Shown here: positions 9,545-19,785 of the stretch, in pieces
Layout: every line of letters begins with the position of its first letter
Numbering within the stretch: the first letter of the stretch is position 1
NCBI GenBank assembly: GCA_963729875.1
Contig: CAVSPR010000006.1
Location: 595,571 to 659,570 of the forward strand
DNA from: an uncultured Acidobacteriota bacterium
Lineage (GTDB): Bacteria > Acidobacteriota > Vicinamibacteria > Fen-336
Reading direction: 5' to 3'
DNA length: 64,000 nt
Notes under the pieces: model-generated
What the model saw: the letters and a program-made list of their open reading frames with translations, nothing else
The model's database searches: none
What the model was told of the DNA's origin: nothing
Program-made: the position numbers and the translations under genes

Positions 9545-10351
9545 ATGGCTGATCCGCTCATTCTCGTGACGAACGACGACGGCGTGCACGCGCCCGGCAT
9601 CCGTGCCCTCGCGGACGGCCTCGCCGGCCTCGGCGAGATCTGGGTGATCGCTCCCGACCGCGAGGCCAGCGCGACCTCCCAGTCGCTCACACTGAAGCAT
9701 CCCCTGCGAGCCGAAAGGGTCGAGGAGCGCGTCCTCGCCGTGGACGGCAGCCCCGCGGACTGCGTCAATCTCGCGATCGCGAAGCTGCTGCCTCGGCGGC
9801 CGAGCCTCGTCGTCTCCGGCATCAACCGGGGGGCCAACCTCGGCGACGACGTCTTCTACTCGGGCACGGTGGGCGCCGGCCGGGAGGCGACCTTCTTCGG
9901 CGTCCCCGCCGTCGCGGTCTCCCTCGCGGCGCGCGCCGACCTCGACTACGGGCCCTCGGCCGCCTTCGCGCGGGGGCTGGCCGCCCTGGTCCTCGAGCGA
10001 GGCCTGCCGGACCGCACGCTGCTGAACGTCAACGTGCCCCCGGGCCAGCCGAGCGGCGTCGCCGTCACCGTCCAGGGCCGCCGCTCGCACGAGGGCACGA
10101 TCCTCGAGGGCCTCGACCCGCGGCACCGCACGTACTACTGGATCGAGGAGGGCCGCGACCACTGGGTGAGCGACGAGATGTCGGACATCTTCGCGATCCG
10201 CGCCGGCCTCGTCTCGGTGAGCCCCCTGCAGACGGACACGACCAACCACCGCGTCCTGGCCACCCTGCGCGAGTGGGAGAAGGAGCTCCCGCCGGGCGTC
10301 GGCGCGCTGAGGCGGGCCGAGCTTGGCGCGCCGTCGGTCCCCGTGGTATAA
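9545..10351 (+). CDS. surE: 5'/3'-nucleotidase SurE
   Basis: 268 aa. N-terminal ILVTNDDGVHAPGIRAL and the GINRGANLGDDVFYSGTVGAGRE signature. Confidence 0.93.
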   Translation: MADPLILVTNDDGVHAPGIRALADGLAGLGEIWVIAPDREASATSQSLTLKHPLRAERVEERVLAVDGSPADCVNLAIAKLLPRRPSLVVSGINRGANLGDDVFYSGTVGAGREATFFGVPAVAVSLAARADLDYGPSAAFARGLAALVLERGLPDRTLLNVNVPPGQPSGVAVTVQGRRSHEGTILEGLDPRHRTYYWIEEGRDHWVSDEMSDIFAIRAGLVSVSPLQTDTTNHRVLATLREWEKELPPGVGALRRAELGAPSVPVV

Positions 10352-10369
10352 GAAGCTCGTCATTCCGAC

Positions 10370-10447
<78 letters not shown>

Positions 10448-10479
10448 GCTTAGATTCAACAACTCATAGGCGGTTATGA

Positions 10480-10499
10480 GGGGCCTCGAAAGAGGCCCC
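10480..10499 (-). terminator. GC hairpin 12 nt downstream of the minus-strand ORF ending at 10511
   Basis: GGGGCCTC-gaaa-GAGGCCCC (8 bp stem, GNRA-like loop). No clear U-tract on either strand. Confidence 0.4.
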
Positions 10500-10510
10500 A
10501 AGTCGTTTCG

Positions 10511-10825
10511 CTAGGGCAGGACGTAGCCCGTGACGCCCTCCCCGGTCCACCCGCGCTCGGTCGTCAGCACCCCGACAACGTCGGGTTGGGAAGCACCACC
10601 CTGAAGGTGTTCCCGTTCTCGAAGTTCTCGTTCGACCGGCTGGCGACGTGCTGGACCAGCGTCGGAGTGGAAGGTGCCGCGCCACAGGTGGCGGCCAGGG
10701 CAAGGACGGTGATCGCGGCCCTCGCCGCCGAGGCTGCGTCTGGCGGCAGCTATCCCGCAATGGTTGGGAGGCGTCGTCACGTCGTTGGGCTCGGTCTCGA
10801 CGACGATCGTACCTCGACTCGCCAC
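10511..10825 (-). CDS. Hypothetical small secreted/lipoprotein-like ORF; reading frame uncertain
   Basis: Track ORF of 104 aa. A neighbouring frame on the same strand reads AAITVLALAATCGAAPSTPTLVQHVASRSNENFENGNTFRVVLPNPTLSG, which looks like a signal peptide. This suggests 1-2 frame changes. No family recognised. Confidence 0.25.
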   Translation of the reverse strand: MASRGTIVVETEPNDVTTPPNHCGIAAARRSLGGEGRDHRPCPGRHLWRGTFHSDAGPARRQPVERELREREHLQGGASQPDVVGVLTTERGWTGEGVTGYVLP

Positions 10826-10875
10826 TGCGAGGTGGGGCGTCCGCCCTCACATCCTTGGCCGTCGCGCTCAAGCTG

Positions 10876-11544
10876 CTACTGCAGTCTCTCGACGACCTCC
10901 TGGATGAACGCGAGTGCCGATGCCACGTCGAGCCGCTGGTTGAACTCACTGGTCACGCACGGCATGTCACCCCATGTCGTGGTCGCAACCAGAATCGTCT
11001 CGCCGGCGGGTCCCTCCCAGAAGGTCGGCCCGCCGGAGTCGCCGTAGCACGTGCCACCGTCACCAGTCCTCCCCTGCTGCGACATCCGAAGCCAAGCCGG
11101 GAGCAAGGCCCGAAACTCCGAGAGCGCGAACTGCCGGACGTTGTCCCTGTAAGGGCCAGGCGGCGGGAAGCTCAACGAGGCCCCATAGCCAACCAGTGTG
11201 AACTTGGTCCCGTTGGTGCCATGCCCCAACGCGCCGTCGGCCTTCAGCTGGTCGAGGAATCCCTCCTCCGGGAGTCGGGCGGGCTCGATGCCAACGACCG
11301 GCTTCTTCAGAATCAGCGCCCCGTTGTCATGCCAGTTCGATTGCGGCTTGAACCAGAAGTCCGGATGAGTGATCACGGACGCGACCTCCAGCCAGGTATG
11401 CGCCACTGAGAACGGGTCGAAATCGAAGCTCACCCAGACCTGTTCCACGAGCCCAGAATCGATGTTCCTCTGGAGGCTGAACGTGCAGATCCCCGCCGTG
11501 AGGGGCAAGCCGGCCGCCTCCCACCTTTCGCGAGCGTGGTCCAA
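10876..11544 (-). CDS. Trypsin-like (S1 family) serine peptidase domain protein, atypical N-terminus
   Basis: 222 aa. TCYGDSGGP active-site Ser motif, HDNGALILKKP (Asp region), ITHPDF. The expected TAAHC/TAGHC His motif reads LTAGIC. No signal peptide or SD; TTG start. Confidence 0.55.
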   Translation of the reverse strand: MDHARERWEAAGLPLTAGICTFSLQRNIDSGLVEQVWVSFDFDPFSVAHTWLEVASVITHPDFWFKPQSNWHDNGALILKKPVVGIEPARLPEEGFLDQLKADGALGHGTNGTKFTLVGYGASLSFPPPGPYRDNVRQFALSEFRALLPAWLRMSQQGRTGDGGTCYGDSGGPTFWEGPAGETILVATTTWGDMPCVTSEFNQRLDVASALAFIQEVVERLQ

Positions 11545-11560
11545 ACGACAGGAACACGAG

Positions 11561-12052
11561 TCACCTGTTCCCCTGATCGTGAGGCACGGTCACGGTGACA
11601 GTGACGATCCTCTCGGCGCAGCAATAGAAGTGGGGGTAGGGAAGAGGCCTACATTCCTGGAGATCGATGGAGTAGTTTCGTCCTCCACCATTTCCTGCCC
11701 GTGTCGCCTTCAGCCACAGCTTCGGTGCAGATCGTCCGCTGCCGGTTGGACAGGTGTTGTTGGCGACCTGGTAGTCGACACCTGCCTGGATCGGTTCATT
11801 GCTCGAAACACCGACGATCCTGAATGCCTCGCAGCACTCACAGGGCCGATCCTTGCTGCAGCCCCCCGTGCCTTGCCAATCGCAGTGTCCACCCAGGTGG
11901 ACGGGAACCATCGTGTTGTCTGGCGGCCACAGTCGATCTGGCGTGGCCTCCACCTGGAACGTGTCACCAGCCTGCGCCCGCACATGGATTGCATAGGACG
12001 CAGCCAGAACGGCAAGGACAGCACACGTCAAGACGAACGCGGGCCTTCTCAT
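11561..12052 (-). CDS. Hypothetical secreted Cys-rich protein
   Basis: 163 aa. Signal peptide MRRPAFVLTCAVLAVLAASYA, AGGAGG SD 7 nt upstream. Motif set LWPPDNTMVPV ... SSNEP ... LKATRAGNGGGRNYSI ... VTVPHDQ. I have seen similar LWPPN.../...VPHDQ patterns in secreted bacterial proteins but cannot name a family. Confidence 0.6.
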   Translation of the reverse strand: MRRPAFVLTCAVLAVLAASYAIHVRAQAGDTFQVEATPDRLWPPDNTMVPVHLGGHCDWQGTGGCSKDRPCECCEAFRIVGVSSNEPIQAGVDYQVANNTCPTGSGRSAPKLWLKATRAGNGGGRNYSIDLQECRPLPYPHFYCCAERIVTVTVTVPHDQGNR

Positions 12053-12306
12053 GTCCGACCTCCTCGTCCATCGCTTCGGTTCGGGAGGACACCGAACTCA
12101 CAGGCCGACGCCTCCTGGGAGTCGTGAGCTTCGCTGATCTGGCCTGGGATGAACGGGCTACCCTCGCTCTTCGGGGAGCCGACGAGTCAATGGTCCTGAC
12201 TGCTCAACCGCCGCCGTCATGGCTCGGCCCGGGCCAGTACAGTGCATCCTGCCGGGCTCTCCACCTGACACGCGCGCAAGAGGCGCCGCGCCGGTATCCT
12301 CTCCCC

Positions 12307-13541
12307 GTGATCGTGATCGTCGGGGCGGGGGCGGCGGGGCTGGCGACCGCCATCTTTGCGGCGCGGCGGGGAGCGAAGAGGCCGGTCGTGCTCTTCGACG
12401 GGGCGCGGCGGCCCGGGGCGAAGATCCTCGTGAGCGGGGGCGCGCGGTGCAACGTCACGAACGCCACCGTGAGTGAGGCCGACTTTCAGGGCTCGCCGCC
12501 GCACCTCGTCCGGCGGGTGCTGCGGGCGTTCGGTGTGGCCGAGACGGTGGCGTTCTTCCGCGAGATCGGGGTGCCGCTGCACGAGGAGGAGAACGGGAAG
12601 CTGTTCCCGGATGCGAACCGGTCCGCGGTCGTGCTGCAGGCGTTGCTGGACGAGGCGGCCCGGCTGGGTGTCGTGTTGCGGGCTGGGGAGCGAGTGCACT
12701 CCGTCCAGGCCGACGGAGAAGGCTTTCGGCGTGCAGACGACCCGGGAGACGTGCCGGGCGACGCGGGTCGTGCTCGCGACGGGCGGGCTCTCGCTGCCGA
12801 AGACCGGCAGCGACGGGCAAGGCCTGCGACATGGCCGAGGCGCTGGGCCACTCGGTGGTGCCGACGACGCCGGCCCTCGTGCCGCTCGTGCTCGCCGGGG
12901 CCTTCCACGTTCCCCTGGCCGGCGTGGCCCACGCGTGTGAGCTGACGGTGCGGGCCGACGGACGCGCCGTGTGCGTCGAACGGGGTCGCTGCTCTGGACG
13001 CACTTCGGGGTCAGCGGGCCGGTGGTGCTCGACGTGTCGCGGGCGTGGCTGCGGGCGCGGCTCGAGGGCCGCGAGACCGACGCTGGAGGCGAGCCTGCTG
13101 CCGGCCGGGACTTCGCCGCGGTCGAGCGGGAGCTGCTCGGCTGGCCGCGGCGGAGCCCGCGCTGCACGGTCGCGCGGCGCTCGCGCGCTGGCTGCCGGCG
13201 GCCGTGGCCGAGGCGATGTGCGGGGAGCGGGCGACGGCGCCGAGTCCGCCGCTCGGCCAGCTGCGGCGCGACGACGCGCCGGGCGCTGGTGAAGCGCCTC
13301 GTCGCGCGGCCTCTGCCGGTCGTCGGAGAGCCGCGGCTACTCCTTCGCCGAGGCGACGGCGGGTGGCGTGCCGCTCGCCGAGGTGGACACGCGCACGATG
13401 GAGTCGCGGCGCGCAGGCCGGCCTGTTCCTCGTGGGCGAGATGCTCGACGTCGACGGGCGGATCGGCGGCTTCAACTTCCAGTGGGCCTGGTCGAGCGCG
13501 TGGGTGGCGGCGGGCGGCGCTCGCCCGCTGGGCTGTGGTAG
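12307..13541 (+). pseudogene. HI0933-like FAD-dependent flavoprotein, multiply frameshifted as sequenced
   Basis: VIVIVGAGAAGLATAIFAARRG...KILVSGGARCNVTN is in one frame. RVVLATGGLSLPKTGSDGQGL, GHSVVPTTPALVPL, LLWTHFGVSGPVVLDVSR and GEMLDVDGRIGGFNFQWAWSS are spread over all three forward frames. Confidence 0.7.
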
Positions 13542-13564
13542 TCTCCGGCGCCGGAGGGGAGCGG

Positions 13565-13831
13565 GTGCCCGCATATCCGCTACGTCGTGCGTGGGCGCGT
13601 GCAGGGCGTGGGCTATCGCTACTTCGTCCTGCGCCAGGCGGACGTGCTCGGCGTGGCGGGCTTCGCGCGGAACCTGCCGGACGGCTCCGTCGAGGTGGTG
13701 GCCGAGGGCAGCGACGAGGCGCTCGCCATCTCGAGGCGGCGCTGCGCGAGGGCCCGGCGTTCGCCGAGGTGGCGGACGTCGAGCGCGAGGCGATCGCGCC
13801 GCGCGGCGTCAGCGGCTTCCACATCCGCTGA
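13565..13831 (+). pseudogene. acyP: Acylphosphatase, frameshifted as sequenced
   Basis: [17 protein letters not shown]...[17 protein letters not shown] is in one frame. The C-terminus [26 protein letters not shown] is in another. Confidence 0.65.
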
Positions 13832-13844
13832 GGAGCGGACGGCG

Positions 13845-14386
13845 ATGAACCTCGAGGCGCACAGGTCGCCGGGCTGCAGCGCCGCGATCCGCGACGTGCC
13901 CGACTTCCCGAAGCCGGGCATCGTCTTCAAGGACATCACGACCCTGCTGCGCGAGCCGGTCCTGCTTCCGGCGCTCGCTCGACCTGATGGCCGTCCTGTG
14001 CGGCGACCTTCCGGTCGACAAGGTGGTGGCGATCGAGAGCCGCGGCTTCATCCTCGGCGGGGCGCTCGCCCACCGGCTCGGGGCCGGCTTCGTGCCCGTG
14101 CGCAAGCCCGGCAAGCTGCCGTGGCAGCGCGCGCAGGGCGAGCTACGCGCTCGAGTACGGCACCGACACGCTGGAGATGCACGAGGACGCGGTGCGCGCC
14201 CGCCGACCGCGTGCTGGTCGTCGACGACGTGATCGCCACCGGCGGCACGGCGCGGGCGGTGGGGACGCTCGTGCGAGGCGCTCGGCGCGCGCGGTGAGCG
14301 GCTTCGTCTTCCTCGTCGAGCTGGGCTTCCTGAACGGCCGCGACCGCCTCGCCGGCCACGACGTGCGGAGCCTGATCCGGTACTGA
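13845..14386 (+). pseudogene. apt: Adenine phosphoribosyltransferase, frameshifted as sequenced
   Basis: [69 protein letters not shown] and [25 protein letters not shown] lie in different frames. Confidence 0.75.
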
Positions 14387-14460
14387 AGCGGCGTCGAGGC
14401 CGCCCGAGGAAGGGCTCCGCGCTGTGCTAACCTATGGCGTTCGGAACGCTTTGGACACGG

Positions 14461-14537
14461 GCGCCTGTAGCTCAACTGGATAGAGCAAGAGCATCCTAAG
14501 CTCGAGGTTGGGGGTTCGAGTCCCTCCAGGCGCGCCA
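14461..14537 (+). tRNA. tRNA-Arg (anticodon CCU)
   Basis: Acceptor GCGCCTG/CAGGCGC, D-arm GCTC/GAGC, anticodon loop ATCCTAA, T-arm GGGGG-TTCGAGT-CCCTC, discriminator G plus CCA. Confidence 0.85.
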
Positions 14538-14558
14538 GCCGCGGACAGGAGCAGCAGC

Positions 14559-15296
14559 TTGAAGAAGGAACTGAAGGATCAGATCAAGCAGGACGAGTTC
14601 GCGAGGGGCCTCGAGCAGGCCGCCGCCTGGGCGGCCGCCCACCGCGACGAGGTGCGCATCGGCGGCGGCGTGCGGTGGTGCTCGCTGGCCGCGGCCGGCG
14701 CGTTCGCCTACTTCCAGGCGCAGCGGACCCGGGAGGCCGAGCGGGCGTTCCGCGAGGCGCTCACGACCTTCGAGGCCCCGGTGAGCGACCGAGCTGCCCG
14801 CCCGGCGCCGACCGGCCCGCGGGCCAGGTCTTCGCCACCGCAGAGGACAAGTACAAGACCGCGGCCGCGGCCTTCGAGGGCGTCGAGCGCCGCTTCGGGT
14901 CGTCGACCGCCGGCCTGCGCGCGAAGTACTACGCCGCGCTCTCCCGCGATGGAGCTCGGAGCAGTACGCCGAGGCGGAGAAGGCCCTGACGGAGATCCAG
15001 GGCGAGGGGCACCGGCCTGGAGCCGGAGCTGGCCCGCGTGGCGCTCGCCGACCTCTACCGGCGCAGCGGCCAGGTCGACAAGGCGGTCGAGGCCTACCGT
15101 GGCCTGGCCACGAACCCGACGGCGAACGTGCCACGCGACTTCGCCCTGATGAGCGCGGCCAGGACCCTCGAGGACGCGAAGCGCTGGGCGGAGGCGCGGG
15201 CCGACCTACCGGCAGGCTGACGAGGAGTTCCCGGCCAGCGTCTACGCCGGCCAGGCGCGCACGCGCGCCGAGTACCTGCAGACGCCTCCGGGCTAG
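14559..15296 (+). pseudogene. TPR-like membrane protein (YfgM-like), frameshifted as sequenced
   Basis: TTG start after AGGAG. LKKELKDQIKQDEFARGLEQAAAWAAAHRDE, then QVFATAEDKYKTAAAAFEGV and ALADLYRRSGQVDKAVEAYRGLA in other frames. Ends EYLQTPPG-TAG at 15294-15296. Confidence 0.45.
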
Positions 15297-15301
15297 GGCC
15301 C

Positions 15302-17038
15302 ATGAAGGAGCGGACAGCCTGGGTGCTGGCGGCCGGCGTCGACGGCGCTGGCGCTCGGCGCGGCGGCGGTCGGAGCTCTGGCCCTTCTCGTGCGCGGCGG
15401 CCGCCCGTCCGCGGCGTGGCCGGGGGGCGGGGCCTATCTGGCGCTCGAGCTCGACGGCGAGCATGCCCGAGGAGCCCGCCTCGCGGCCTCGCGGCGCCTG
15501 TTCGAGGACCGCCGCCGTCGCTGCGCGCGCTCGTCGAGGCCGTGGACCGCGCGGCCAGCGACCCGGGGGTCGAAGGGCCTCGTGCTGCGGGTGGGACCGC
15601 TCGACGCCGGCTGGGCGCGCGTGCAGGAGCTGCGCGACGCGCTCGCTGCGCTTCCGCCGCAGCGGCAAGCCGTCGTGGGCCCACCTGGAGTCTGCCGGAA
15701 ACCACGAGTACTACCTCGCGACCGGCTGCGCGAAGATCGCCGCGGTCGCCGACCGCGATGCTCGACGTGTCGGGCCTCGCCGCGGAGGTGACGTTCTTCC
15801 ACGGGCACGCTCGACAAGCTCGGGGTCGAGGCGCAGTTCGAGGGCGTCGGGAAGTACAAGAACGCGCCGAACCAGTTCACCGAGACCGGCTTCACCGAGC
15901 CCTCACCGCGAGCAGATGGAGGCCCTCGTCGACTAGCCTCTTCGAGCAGTACGTGCGCGGGGTCGCCGAGGCCCGCGGGCTCGCGCCCGAGGCGGTGCGC
16001 GCGCTCGTGGACGAGGGGCCCTTCGACGGCGCTCGGAGGCGCAAGGCGGCCGGGCTCGTGGACGAGCTGCTCTACCGCGACCAGGTGGAGGAGCGCATCG
16101 CCGGCCTCGGCCCGGCTGGACCCGGCCGGCTACGTCAGGAGCCGCCGCGGCTTCGGCTTCGACGCGACGGCCGAGGATCGCGCTCGTCTACGCGGTGGGG
16201 GACAGCGTCGGGGGAGAGAGCGGGGCGAGCCCGTTCGGCGGCGGCCTCGCGGGGGCCGAGACGATCGCGCGCGGCCTGCGCCAGGCGCGCGAGGACGACG
16301 GCGTCCGCGCGATCGTGCTGCGCGTCGACAGCCCCGGAGGGTCAGGGACCGCCTCGGACGCCATCTGGCGCGAGGTGGGCCTCGCCCGCACGGAGGAAGC
16401 CCGTCGTCGTGTCGATGGGGGACTACGCGGCCTCGGGGGGCTACTACATCTCCATGGGCGCGGACGCGATCGTCGCCGGGCCGGGCACGATCACCGGGTC
16501 GATCGGCGTCTTCTCGGGCAAGTTCAGCCTGCGGGGCCTCTACGGGAAGCTCGGGATGTCCCAGGAGACCGTGCGGCGCGGCCGCAACGCGACGCTCTTC
16601 TCGAGCTCCGAGCCCTGGAGCGAGGAGGAGCGCGCCAAGGTCCGCGGCCCTGAACCGGGCCTTCTACGCGACCTTCGTCGCCAAGGCGGCGGAGGGGCGG
16701 CAGCAAGACCGCGACCCAGATCGAGGCCGTGGCGCAGGGGCGCGTCTGGACGGGGCGCGAGGCGCTGCGAGGCGGGCCTCGTCGACTCGCTGGGGGGCTC
16801 GACGCCGCGGTGCGCGGTGGCCCGGGACAAGGCGCGCATCGCGAAGGGCCAGGAGGTGCAGCTCGTCGTGATGCCGCAGAGGAAGGGCCTCCTCGAGACG
16901 CTGCTGGAGCGGCAGGAGGAGGACGTGCTCGACTCGGGCGCTGGGGCCGCGCGCCGCGGCCGCTCCTGCGCTGGGCGCAGGAGCCTGTGCGACCGCGGGC
17001 CGATCGCGCGCCTGCCGTTCGATCTCGGCGTCCGCTGA
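15302..17038 (+). pseudogene. sppA: Signal peptide peptidase SppA (36K type), multiply frameshifted as sequenced
   Basis: KGLVLRVGPLDAGWARVQELRDAL, HLESAGNHEYYLATGCAKI, VVVSMGDYAASGGYYISMGADAIVAGPGTITGSIGVF and GLVDSLGG are distributed over three frames. Confidence 0.75.
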
Positions 17039-17046
17039 GAGCCCGC

Positions 17047-18563
17047 TCAGCGGCCGTAGCGCTGCCGCAGGCGGCAGGGCCTCGGCTCGCCGGAGGCCCG
17101 CGTAGTCCTTGCCGTAGACTCGCGGAAGGCCGCGTCGACGTCGCCGGTGCGCGCCATCGCCGCGCAGCAGCTCGTTGATCCCTCCCTGGCCGCGCTGGGC
17201 CACGAGGTCCTCGACGAAGGCGAGCGACCGAGGTAGTAGCCGCCGACGCCGCCGGACGCGGCCGCTGGCGAGCGCGCGGAGCGTCCGTCGCCGAGCGCGG
17301 GCACGCGCTTGCCCTCCATCAGCTGCGCGAGGCCCTCGTGGATCTCGCGCGGGGCGAGGCCGCCGCGAGATGTCGGCGACGAAGGCGTGCGTCAGCTCGT
17401 GAGCGACGGTCTCGTCGAGGTCGGGCGTCGAGCGAGGCGGTGAGCCCGCCGATCGGGATGCGCACGCGGCCGTCGAAGGTGTCGTAGCGGCCGCCGGACC
17501 AGGCGGGCGCCCCGGTGGCGTCGTAGTAGCTCTCGCGCGAGAGCAGGACGACGGGGATCGGGGCGGCCGGCTGGTGGTCGAAGGTGCGCGCGAGCGTCGC
17601 GTAGTGGCGGTCGAGGACGCGCAGGATCTCGCGGCCCGACGTCCTCGTGCGCCTCGCCGTCGTAGCGGACGTGGAAGTGGGCGAGCCGCGCCTCGTCGCA
17701 GGGCGGCCTCCGACCGCCCGGTCGCGGCGGATCCGCGCGAGCAGCGCCGGCCGCGGGCGGGTCGTCGGGCGTCCGAGGAGCGCGGCGAGGACCTCGATCG
17801 CCTCGCCGCGCGCGGTCCTGGCGCACGAGGGCGTAGGCGAGCGCCTGCACCGCCTCGGCATCGCCGGGCCGCGCGCGCCAGCAGGTCGCGGGCCGCCGCC
17901 TCCGCCGCCGGCCAGTCGCCGGACTCGAGGCGGACGGCGATCAGCGCCTGCCGGCGGAATCGGGCTCGACGGGCGCCGACGCGTCCGGGCGCGCCGCAGG
18001 AGCGCGGCCGCCGCGTCGTAGCGCCGGGCCCGCTCCGGTGGTCGCAGCGGCGGCGACCAGGACGCCCTCGAGCAGGGCCCGGGCGGCGCCGGGGTAGCGG
18101 GCGTAGAGGTCCTCGGCCGTCGCGCACGTCGTCCGGCGCGAGAGCGGCGCCGCGCGCGCGCAGGCGCTCGGCGAGGCGGGCCGCGGCCTGGCTGTCCGCC
18201 TCGGTGGAGTGGGCCGGCAGCTCGGCGGCCGCCACGTCGGTGGGCGAGCGCCTCGACGCGGGGCGGGGCGAGGGGTTCGTCGACCGGGATGGCACGATCC
18301 GGGACTGTCGCCCTCGGCCGGGCGGCAGCGAAGCGTGCGGGGCCGGGCTCGCTGGTTGCTCACGCCTCAGGTGCACCGCCGCAGCGGCGACGAGCACGAC
18401 GAGGCCGATGGCCGGCAGGAGCAGGCTCCGCCGCGAGGGCGGAGGCGGCGCGCGCCGGCCCGGGGGTCGGGCGCGTGGGCCGAGGGCCTTGGCGAGCACG
18501 ACGCCGCAGCGCGGGCACTCGGGTGTGGAGATCGCGGTCGCGCCGCAGCGCGGGACAGTCCAT
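17047..18563 (-). pseudogene. Zinc-ribbon / TM / TPR protein with HExxH (peptidase-MA-like) C-domain, frameshifted as sequenced
   Basis: N-terminus reads MDCP(R)CGATAISTPECPRCGVVLAKAL after removing one base near 18551. This is followed by the TM LLLPAIGLVVLVAAAAV, then DETVAHELTHAF and LVAQRGQGGINELL fragments in several frames. Confidence 0.5.
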
Positions 18564-18646
18564 TGAGCGTGCCGTGGCCCGCAGGCCGAGGCCGCCTATA
18601 CTAGCAGGTCGGGCCCGGCGGTCGGCTCGCCACAGGAGGGAGAGGC

Positions 18647-19765
<1,119 letters not shown>

Positions 19766-19785
19766 ACCTGCCCGGGGAGGCAGCG

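Noticed and set aside
11581-11606. A short gtcacggtgacagtgacg-type microrepeat.
   Set aside because: It simply encodes the beta-strand VTVTVTV at the C-terminus of the 163-aa secreted protein. There is no spacer-repeat organisation.
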